From NCBI GenBank assembly GCA_951406725.2, contig OX597817.1, forward strand, positions 79,856,001 through 79,920,000: DNA of 64,000 nt. The letters run 5' to 3'. The notes under the pieces are model-generated. The model saw only the letters and a list, made by a program, of their open reading frames with translations, did no database searches and was not told the DNA's origin. The translations under genes were made by a program, and so were the position numbers. Source of the stretch: Octopus vulgaris (Eukaryota). Position 1 is the stretch's first letter, and the number at the start of each line of letters is the position of its first letter. Positions 54,269-64,000 of the stretch are shown piece by piece.

Positions 54269-54702
54269 CATATATACATCCATACATATGTGTATATATA
54301 TATAAGCATATATATGTCTGTGTGTATATATATATACATTTGTGTGTGTGTTTGTAGTGAGTGAGTTGTGTGCAATATATTTTTCTTCTTTATATTTATT
54401 TTTCAAATTTTTAATTGATCGTTTTCCAGTTTATTGCATTTTTGATTGTTTTCTTTTCACCTCCTGTTTTATTTTTTTTGACTTTTTTCATAAAATAAAA
54501 TAACAACTATATATTTATTTCAGCTTGTAGAGCCATTAGTATTTCCCAAAATATCTCTGGATTCTCGTACTTAAAAAGTCAGACATATTAGATAGTTTTG
54601 GGGTCAAGTTGAGTGTCTGGTCTTTATCACAGAGCTAGTGATGCTACTAAGTAGCAAACCAGAGAAAGAATTGCTCTGTTCTTTCTAGGTTTGAGGTCTT
54701 AT

Positions 54703-55330
54703 AATCTCTTATATAAAATCCGTTCTGTCTATCTGTCTGTGTGTGTGTCTCCTCAGATCTCGGGCATCCCCCATCTTATTCCGCTCAAATTTGATATGTA
54801 GATACCAACGGCATCAGGGTGTGTATAAGTCTTGAAAAAATTACAAAAATCGATTCCAGGTGAGAATGCGATCGATAAAGCCGTTTTTGTCCTGCTTTTC
54901 TTCCGTCAACCTGTACATAACTGCACCTTCCATTTTTTGTTGTTTTTGTACTGCTTAAAGACACGTTTCTTTCCTGCCAAGCTTATTGTTTAAACCATGT
55001 TTTTGTTGTCCCAGTCAACAGCCTTATTATTACTGGTACTTTAAACTCTTCGGTTGCATATTTGTGTGAATAAAATCGTATTTCTTTGGAATAGAAAAAA
55101 AGCCTATCTTTATTTCTTCTTTTGCTGGTGTCTCAAATTTAGGTTAAATCAGTGTTTCTCAAAGAGGAGGCCTATGGGACGGCCGGACGGTGCTTTGTTG
55201 TCAAGCATTTAAACCAAATTTTCTCAAAACAACTTGTCCGGCCGTCCCATAGGCCTCCTCTTTGAGAAACACTGATTTAACCTAAATTTGAGACACCAGC
55301 AAAAGAAGAAATAAAGATAGACATTTTTTC
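54703..55330 (+). mobile_element. Non-autonomous Helitron-like element followed by an 85-bp-arm inverted repeat
   Basis: 5' ATCTCTTATATAAAA..(GTCT)n..AAATTTG typical of Helitron derivatives. Perfect arms at 55104-55188 and 55236-55320. Confidence 0.6.
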
Positions 55331-55346
55331 TATTTTTCTTTTTTTC

Positions 55347-55388
<42 letters not shown>

Positions 55389-55499
55389 TATAGTACATCA
55401 TACTCATGGGGGATTTGAGAGAGTGGCCTTCAGATTCAACCTTTCTCTATTGCTTTCTTCTATTTCCTTTCTTTTTCTCAATCAGAATACATGTGTATG

Positions 55500-55640
55500 C
55501 ATGTGGGCACGTGTGTGTGTGTGTGAATGCACGGCGATTTTCTTTCTCCAGCTTCCCTTATTTGGACTTTTTCTATATTTCAGATGAAGAGCTTCACTCG
55601 AAACGTGAAATCCTCTTACTTTTCTTTCCTTTCCTGAGGA
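55500..55640 (+). mobile_element. Penelope pseudo-LTR fragment with decayed hammerhead (55577-55611)
   Basis: ATTT-CAGATGA-A-GAG-CTTCA-CTC-GAAA-CG-TG-AAAT. Homologous to the 16678 family. Confidence 0.6.
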
Positions 55641-55724
55641 ATAATGGCAAAATTGATCTCAGTAAAATATGACCAAAGATTATGAATTCCAAATATATTT
55701 CTATCATTGTATCAAAAAGTAAAG

Positions 55725-55980
55725 GTAAAGTTACCTTTTCGTGTCATGCCAACAAATAAGGGCCAGTTTCCCAGTTTCCATGGTGTATAAATTCTCCACC
55801 TGGATGGGACGCCAGTCTATCTCAGAATTACTCATTTTTATCAGCTGAGTGGAATGGAGCAATGTAAAATAAAGTGTTTCGCTTAAGAACACAATACGTC
55901 ATGATTCTCGGTCCAGGAATCGAAACCACAATCATGCGATCATCAGTCCAACACCTTAACCACTAGGCCACGCACCTCCC
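55725..55980 (-). mobile_element. tRNA-derived SINE (family D-like)
   Basis: GGAGGTGCGTGGCCTAGTGGTTAAGG..GGTTTCGATTCC. Confidence 0.8.
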
Positions 55981-56308
55981 CATTCTATCAAACAGCAGCA
56001 CCATATGTGATTTCATATGTTTGTCCTGAAGTAGACAGACGAGTCATATCTGGAATCACAACAAATGAGATACATGCAAATATATAATACAAGGAGACAT
56101 GTCGTCTTGTAAAATATGTGGAATGATATGTTATTCAATATCTAGTTTGATATGTTATCTAAGAAGCCAGTGAAGCATAAAATATAAGCAAAGTACTGGA
56201 ACAACTAAAAATAGTCTATTCTATAAATATGTGCCTGTGTGCATATGTGCGAGAATATGTGTGTGCGTGTATGTGAATGTGTGAGTGTATGCGTATATGT
56301 GTGCGAGT

Positions 56309-56353
<45 letters not shown>

Positions 56354-56494
56354 TGAGAATATATAGGTATACATATACGAACAAGAATTATATATATATT
56401 GGGTTTGGTAAAAAAAATTTGTAACGTTCTGTAAGTAAAATTCATTAGCAATAATTAGATATTTGCTCATTAGTAATATTTAGGTATTTATTCA

Positions 56495-57500
56495 ACCATA
56501 TATTTCCCATTTTGTTCCACTACCTTTCGTCATCTTTAAGGCAGCTTCATGACTCCATCCTCCCAGAACTTGGTATCTTTCTGTGTCATGAACTGGTCTA
56601 AGTGCGTTTTACACTCCTTTAAAGAATCGAAGTCCTTCCTATTAAGAGAATTTTGCAGGGATCGCAATAAATGAAGGTGCAAGTACAATGGACGGGATAG
56701 GACATCCCACCCAAGCTGCACCAATTTCTGTCGAGTCTGTAAAGAGACGTGCGATCTAGCGTTGTCCTGATATAAGACGTCACCCTTTCGGGTGGCCAAT
56801 TCAGGACGTTTTACATCAATTGCCTGCTTTAATCGGTCTCACTGGGAACAATAACAGTTTGAATTTAACGTCTGATTTCGTGGAAGTAGCTCGTAATACA
56901 TAATGCCCTTCTAATTCCATGAGATACACAGCATCACCATCTTCGGATAAAGACCAGCTTTTGGGAAGATTAAAGGTGGTTCATCTTGTTTTCCCCAGGA
57001 TCTTTTTCGTTTTATATTGTCGTAAATATTCCATTTCTCATCACAGGTAATCATTCTTTTCAAAAACGGATAATTTTTTGTTTCGTCTGAGCTAAGAACC
57101 GCAGATGAAAATGCGCCCTATTAAGTTTTCTTCCGTTAACTTATGAGATGCACAAACATCATAGTGATCCACGTAACCAAATGTTTCTAAGTGCTTTATA
57201 ACGCTCTCATGAGATATGGAGAGAATCTCTGCGATGTTTTGCATTGTGTGACGTGAATTATTTTTTATTGAAGTCTCGGTTTGTTCATTATCAACTATCG
57301 TAGGCCCACCGGAACTTTCACGATCTTCCAGGTCAAAATTTTGGCTCCTAAACCTAGCAAACCATTTGCGAAAAGTACTTTCAGCTATGACAATATCTTA
57401 ATAAACAGCACATATCCTCTTTGCTGTTTGTGCAACGTTTTTACCTTTACGGAAATGAAAAAGCATTAAATGATAAAAATATATTTCATTTTCCTTTATT
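56495..57500 (-). pseudogene. Near full-length degraded mariner (DD34D, mellifera-like) transposase
   Basis: LMLFHFRKGKNVAQTAKRICAVY, ITCDEKW, YELL, RPELATRKG.VLYQDNARSH, LGWDVLSRPLY, LRSLQNSL, FWEDGVMKLP. Confidence 0.92.
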
Positions 57501-57625
57501 TTCAATTTTATTGTAAGAACAATAGAAGTAAATAAATAATCCATACAAAATTCCAATAGAAAATGCGGTGGGATATCTTCTTTTAGAAAGTATATATATG
57601 TCATATGTTCCTGTGTATACATATG

Positions 57626-57678
<53 letters not shown>

Positions 57679-57799
57679 GCGCAGCTATGCGAGTGAAGTA
57701 TGTATACTTATGTATATATTTTGCAAATGTACACGAGAGAAAGAAAAATTAGTATTCAATAACTATTTCGAGTTTCTCTCTCTCTCTCTCTCTCTCTCT

Positions 57800-57883
<84 letters not shown>

Positions 57884-57962
57884 AGAGAGAGAGAGAGATA
57901 GGTAAATAGATAGATAGATTTATGAATGTATATCTATACACATACACATATATTTGTGTGTG

Positions 57963-58005
<43 letters not shown>

Positions 58006-58019
58006 ACTCACGCACACAC

Positions 58020-58523
58020 ATATAGGTCTGTTAGTACGTGTATATGCACTTCCAATGCACTGAACAACACAGGAGGAAGGCCTAAAAGTAACGACAAAAA
58101 TTCTGAACTATGTGTATAGGAGAATAAATAAGTTATAGAATTTATATAAGAGCCACGTGTCCGAATTTCTACAATGTTTACGGCGATTCGTTTTTATATC
58201 TTCATTTTTTATTTTTCATACAATTTACGCATGCTTGCACGCGTGGTGAACACAGATCACGTCAAAGAGCTGACTGAGTAAAGTTCAATATTCAATGCAT
58301 GGGATAAGGCCTAAACAAACACATTATCGATTTTTGCATTTGCGTGATAAATTTCGGAACAGAAATAGCGCAGTTCAATTTTCATTCGCCTAAACTTTAA
58401 GTGACCCATTTTTGGTGGTTCTACGATTTGTTGGCTAGGAGGAGATGTGCCGGGAAGTTAAACACACAGACACACATACAGATACACACACAGACACACA
58501 AGTTGAGTTTTATATATATAGAT
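58020..58523 (-). mobile_element. Non-autonomous Helitron-like element
   Basis: Minus-strand start ATCTATATATATAAAA followed by (TGTC/TG)n and a CpG-rich body. Confidence 0.55.
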
Positions 58524-58704
58524 GTATGTATCTCTGAAAATCAACCTTCAGTAGATTGCGTTGTAAATGCTAGCATAGGCTGGGAGTTGAGAAACACAAC
58601 CAACCCACATCAGCATTGGATAAATGACATTAAGTGATAATGATTATGCATGTTTATCACACATACACACATATATAAACATATATTTGTGTGCGTGTGC
58701 GTTA

Positions 58705-58744
<40 letters not shown>

Positions 58745-59709
58745 GGGCATATATATATACACATACATATATATACACACACACAGATACACAAACCCAC
58801 ATAATATATATATATATAATTGCAGACTGAGTGAGATAGAGAGATATGAACAGGTAGACATACATAGATTTTCAAACTAAAATAGACACTACCCTCATGA
58901 CCTCCTGGTTTAAAAAAAAAAAAAAGGAGAAAAGAAAACAACAAAACTCATCTAAAAAGCAACAGAGCAAACTTTAGAAAAAACACACACATCAAGAAAC
59001 ACAAAAAAAGTCATCCGCTCATCATTTTTCAAAACAGAAATTACCATTAATGTTCCAGTATTAAATATTCTGACATTTTCGAAAGACAAAAGGGAATGAA
59101 GAATCCTCTTAATTCCACTAAATGAAGATAAATTATGTTATGCTATATAGAAAAGTCAGTTGTTGTGTATGTAGCACATATTAGAAAACCAAAGTCTTGG
59201 ATGACTGTCCGGTGTTAAGGTTACGGCGCTGAAGCTGATATTAAAGAAGATGATGGTGGTGGTGGTGGTGGTGGTGGTAGAGGAGCCAAGGCGTGGGGGT
59301 CAGTTCTTTCGGAAATTAGTCGGAATTGAAATGGTGTTATGTCTAATATATTTTAGTTAGATGTCTTCCCGTCTATTCCACAGATTTGTTCATCCTCCTT
59401 CCCAACCCCCACCATTTTCTCTTTTACACCCTCCAGCCACCGTCATTATCCTCAGTGGCGTCAATGTACTACCGACAGTGATAATGTTTTACTTCCATCA
59501 CTCACCACTGCTACCACCACCACCACTGACATTATTATCATTACTAACACAGCTCTCTCCCACTGATATTCCAACCACCGTTATCACTATCGTTACTACT
59601 TTCACTATTAACTAGCAATGATTAAATATATATAGATATCTATCTATATGTGTATATATGTATATGTGTGTGTGTATGTGCATGTGTGTGTGTATTTTTT
59701 TCTTTCTTT

Positions 59710-60100
59710 TTTCTTTTACTTGTTTCAGTCATTTGACTGCGGCCATGCTGGAGCACCGCCTTTAATCGAGCAACTCGACCCCGGGACTTATTCTTTGTAA
59801 GCCTTGTACTTATTATATCGTTCTCTTTTGCTGAACCGCTAAGTGACGGGGACATAAACACACCAGCATCGGTTGTCAAGCAATGCTAAGGGGACAAACA
59901 CAGACACACAAACACACACATACATATATATACATATATACGACGGGCTTCTTTCAGTTTCCGTCTACCAAATCCACTCACAAGGCTTTGGTCGGCCCGA
60001 GGCTATAGTAGAAGACACTTGCCCAAGGTGCCACGCAGTGGGACTGAACCCGGAACCATGTGGTTGGTAAACAAGCTACTTGCCACACAGCCACTCCTGT
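59710..60100 (-). mobile_element. Full-length young family B SINE
   Basis: Complete head, microsatellite and tail with CpGs retained. Confidence 0.9.
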
Positions 60101-60153
60101 ATGCGTAGAAATAATAACAATAAACCTTGGATGGAATTTATAAACACTTTAAT

Positions 60154-60290
60154 GCATCGCTACGCGCGTTTCCACAAAAGATATTCTCTTAACACCACAG
60201 CCCGTATTCCTGAGGTGATTACAGTGTAGTTTGTAGTATCTGCAGTCATAGGGTAGATGATCTTCATGAATTCATTTCTTTAGGTGATGT
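60154..60290 (-). ncRNA. Decayed hammerhead with a long helix II insert
   Basis: ACATCAC-CTAAAGA..~110 nt..GAAA-CGCGCG-TA-GCGATGC. Confidence 0.45.
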
Positions 60291-60479
60291 AGCATTAATG
60301 GATGTTTAACTGAGGGTTGTTTATCCTTTTCTTTTAAAAAAAGGATAAACAACAGCTCTGGTAGAATACAGACTGTAATCTTAAAAGATGCGTGGTTTGT
60401 GGAAGTGTGCATTGCGATACATTAAAATATTTATAAACTCCACCCAAGAATTATTGTTATTATTACTATATTATATTCA

Positions 60480-60540
<61 letters not shown>

Positions 60541-60541
<1 letters not shown>

Positions 60542-61210
60542 TTGTCGGAGTTATACTTGTAGAAAATAGAAATAAGCGGTCTTTGACTGCTATTTCTAAT
60601 TTTTCGGTATGTGGCTAAGCAACCTGTTACTTGCCCTTTTATACATATATATATATATATATAACTTTTTTTTAAAAGTTCCTACCGATAATGGTTATAT
60701 TTCCATACTGAAATCTAGCCGGAAATAATTGTTGTTGTTTTTTTAAAAATTATAATTATTTACCCTTATATTATTAATAATGGAATTTTTCACTCCCTTA
60801 TGACAATCCATAGTTCTATTTCTAAGGAACTATTTTTGTGACGCACATGGTAAAATTTTGGAGGGAAAGTACGAATTCATTCGTCTCTATGGATTTAGCC
60901 TATGCTGGCTATCTCCTACTATCTCCGATGACGCTAGTTCGGGAAACTGGAGGTATGTATAGCATTTGCAAAATCTATTAAACGGAATGTTGCGCCGAAG
61001 GAGGAAATGAATTGATTTATAATCCCAATCCAGAAACGCGTCCATAAACTAACCGAAGACCGTGTTTTCGTTATATTTCCTTGTTTTACATATGTGAGTC
61101 ACATGTATATATTGTATGTGGAGTTATACTTGTAGAAAATAGAAATAAGCGGTCTTTGACTGCGATTTCTAATTTTTCGGTATGTGGCAAAGCGACCTGT
61201 TGCTTGCCCC
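60541..61210 (+). mobile_element. Penelope-type pseudo-LTR region: ~100-bp direct repeats enclosing two hammerhead-like motifs
   Basis: Repeats at 60541-60638 and 61110-61210. Motifs CCGATAA-stem-GAAA-TAATTG-TT (60685-60733) and CCGAAGG..GAAA-CGCG-TC (60995-61042). Confidence 0.6.
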
Positions 61211-61317
61211 TATCTATATATATATACATATATACATACATACATACATACATATATACATGCATACATACATACATACATACATACATACATACATACA
61301 TACATACATACATACAT

Positions 61318-62199
61318 CCGGATTCCCGTTTGCGCCGTGAACAGGATTTAATCTTCTCTCTTCGCTCTTTTACGCCATTTGGTCTCAACTCTCCCCCTCC
61401 TCATCTAACCTCCCCCCGACTCCTGCTTCTCTTCGGTCCTTCATCTTTTCACCCCTACTCTCTTTCCCTCCTTTTCCCGTCTTCTCTCTTCCCCTTCTTT
61501 CTGCTCCCTCACTCCCCTTCTTCCTCCCCTATCGTCCCCCTCCTCCTCTCCCCTCCTTTCCCACCCTCTCCTCTTCTCCTCTTTCCTTCCCCCCTCTCAC
61601 CCTCCCCCGCATCTCATCTCACCCTCACCTCTCCTTCTTTCCTTCTCCCCCTCATCTCCCCCTCCTCACTCTCACCTTTCCTCTTCTCCCTCCTATTCTC
61701 CTCTTTCCTTCTCCCCCTCTCCCCCTCCCCTCTTTCCCCTCCCCCAATCTCTCCTCCCCTCTTCCACTCATCTCCTCCCCCTCTTCTCCCTCCTCATCCA
61801 CTCTCCCCCTCATCTCCTCTCTCTACACTACACCATACGACATTACACATCACATCATACATACATACACACGTCCAGACCTTTCATACACACTACATAC
61901 TCTCTCATACACACGCACCCTTATGTTGGGGCGAAGTCATTTTAGCTCTTGCGTCTCACGTTTGATCTCTGACTTCTGGCCAGAATCAGATCGCCATGTT
62001 GAATCGCTAGCTTCTGCATGCATTTTTTTCTCTCCTTGTTTCTCTCCGTGTTTCTTTTCTGTGTATCTTTCTGTTGAAGAGCGTAGGCTCGAAACGTAAA
62101 AGACTTGTTTTATTTATATTCCTGAGCGTCATACTGATACAATTGTTTGTTTGTATTCCACCTGCCTTCGTCTTTTGTTTATTTTCATAAAGCTTCCCG

Positions 62200-62200
<1 letters not shown>
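61318..62200 (+). mobile_element. Heavily 5'-truncated Penelope element: GIY-YIG C-terminus, pyrimidine tract and pseudo-LTR with hammerhead (62066-62103)
   Basis: RLRREQDLIFSLRSFTPFGLN is the typical R..RE..I..L....P.GLN end. HHR TCTTT-CTGTTGA-A-GAGC-GTAG-GCTC-GAAA-CG-TA-AAAGA. Ends at (TA)n. Confidence 0.82.
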
Positions 62201-62277
<77 letters not shown>

Positions 62278-62346
62278 AGAATTTTTTGAGTAATGAGATA
62301 AAAAAAAAAAGGCTGTATAGATATTAGAGCATTTATAGATAGAAGG

Positions 62347-62396
62347 TCTTATAGCTGTTTCTAGGATATTAATTAATAATATCCCTTCATCGGAGA
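62347..62396 (-). ncRNA. Minimal type I hammerhead (U4C core variant)
   Basis: TCT-CCGATGA-A-GGGATATT-ATTAATT-AATATCCT-A-GAAA-CAGCTA-TA-AGA. Confidence 0.7.
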
Positions 62397-62594
62397 TGGT
62401 GTGAGAGGAAAAATTAAGTCATAGTAAGTTTCGATGTGATACAAAATAGAAAGTGAGGTGGAGGAAAGGAAATAGATGTAAGATATGTATGGGTATTGAA
62501 TTCGTAAATCCGTTTTATAGGCATAATGGTATGTATGTGTAATATTCCAATATCCAATACATACATATATGTATGTATGTGTGTGTATACGTTT

Positions 62595-62795
62595 GTGTGC
62601 CTGTGTTTGTACCCCCAACATCACTTGACAACCGAGGCTGGTGTGTTTATGTCTCTGTAACGTAGCGGTTCGGCAAAAAAAATTGATAGAATAAGTACTA
62701 GGCTTACAAAGAATAAGTCCTGGGGTCGATTTGCTCGACTAAAGGCGGTGCTCCAGCATAGCCACAGTCAAATGACTGAAACAAGTAAAAGAGTA
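62595..62795 (+). mobile_element. Family B SINE tail
   Basis: ACTTGACAACCG..GACTGAAACAAGTAAAAGA. Confidence 0.85.
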
Positions 62796-63269
62796 CATGT
62801 ATTAAACCATTATAAGATATTAAAGTATTACCAATTTCGTCATAACATGACAAAATAATAAAATCAAGAAGTTAAATCTTTAGGTTCATTCCATACTTAA
62901 GATTGTCTGCTTGTTGTCAAAAGTGTAAAATTATAGGTAACAGCATTCAAGATAGTTGAGGATATAAATGTATGACGAAGAATATGTAGACATCTGAACT
63001 TTATCTTCTATCAAGTATCAACCACTTCAGAAAACGTAATTTCAAATGAAATTATATTTCATGATACTGTATAAACTATTTTCCATAGTCCTGAAATCGG
63101 TCTTTGCATACTGACATAATCATAAATGTTTAAACTAAGACATTCTGGGAAATTAAACACTTCTAAATAAAATAAAACTAAAAAAAAAGTAGTAGCTAAG
63201 ATATGATTGCATAAACAGCATACTGGTATTCATTTCAAATACAATATGTATACATACATACATACATAC

Positions 63270-63311
<42 letters not shown>

Positions 63312-63357
63312 CTACGGCAGTACATATGAACTAGCTACGGCGGTACATATTCTAATA

Positions 63358-63519
63358 GGTGCAAGAGTGGCTGTGTGGTAAGTAGCTTGCTTACCAATCA
63401 CATGGTTCTGGATTCAGTCCCACTGCGTGGCACCTTGGGCAAGTGTTTTCTACTATAGCCTCGGGCCGCCCAAAGCCTTGTGAGTGGATTTGGTAGTCGG
63501 AAACTGAAAGAAACCCGTC

Positions 63520-63576
<57 letters not shown>

Positions 63577-64000
63577 TAATCCAAACAAGAAAGCACAAAA
63601 AAACACAACAACGCGAGGACATGGAACAAATATAGTATTATTGGACGCTCAGGAAAGAAAGAGGGTTTAACGTTTCGAGCGGAGCTCTTCGTCGGAAACA
63701 TAGGAGAAGGAAAGATCCAGAGAAGGGAAGACAGAGGGGAAAAAATCGCCAACGGTACACACGCGGTCACATTTTGAAAGACCGGAAGGAAATGGGTGAA
63801 GAAAGGTTTTTTCAAAGACAGGAGAGTATTTCTTTCAAAGACAGGGGAGTGGTAGAGGAGAAACACGTGTGTGTGTACCCCCAACATCGCTTGACAACCG
63901 ATGCTGGTGTGTTTACGTCTCGTAACCTAGCGGTTCGTCAAAAGAGACCGATAGAATAAGTACTAGGCTTACAAAGAATAAGTCCTGGGGTCGATTTGCT
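63358..64000 (+). mobile_element. Family B SINE interrupted in its internal microsatellite
   Basis: Head at 63358-63520. Tail resumes at ~63868 and runs off the window. Confidence 0.88.
63572..63866 (-). mobile_element. Penelope pseudo-LTR fragment with hammerhead (63665-63699) nested in the SINE
   Basis: Reverse complement of the 16678-16890 element with an identical HHR. Confidence 0.8.

Noticed and set aside
54520-54700. Candidate plus-strand exon after TTTATTTCAG
   Set aside because: Stops occur in all three frames before any good donor site.
60317-60353. Hairpin GTTGTTTATCCTTTT..AAAAGGATAAACAAC as a terminator or ribozyme
   Set aside because: No ribozyme core and a eukaryotic context. 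Probably part of the adjacent retroelement remnant.
61081-61965. 294-aa Pro/Ser/Leu-rich ORF
   Set aside because: Only about 25 codons are real (GIY-YIG C-terminus). The rest is microsatellite and a pyrimidine tract.

Overview
AT-rich, microsatellite-saturated eukaryotic intergenic or intronic DNA. The repeat repertoire looks like an octopus/cephalopod genome (inference). No host protein-coding gene is recognisable, and almost all ORFs in the track are artefacts of (TA)n, (CA)n, (ATT)n and (CAT)n repeats. Real content: (i) a 5'-truncated, nearly intact Naiad-type Penelope-like retroelement (RT plus GIY-YIG, 1836-3761) joined to an inverted copy of its microsatellite-rich 3' region; (ii) fragments of restriction-like-endonuclease (R4/Dong-type) LINEs, mariner, Tc1 and maT transposases, MITEs and Helitron/Helentron derivatives; (iii) dozens of SINE copies of about five families; (iv) about 15 hammerhead-ribozyme (HHR) motifs, intact, variant or decayed, at retroelement termini. 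The most striking observation is three elements (6385-6460, 11199-11275, 28413-28490) that carry all hammerhead core parts in a non-circularly permuted, pseudoknotted order with compensatory base changes. All folds were made by eye, and element boundaries are approximate.
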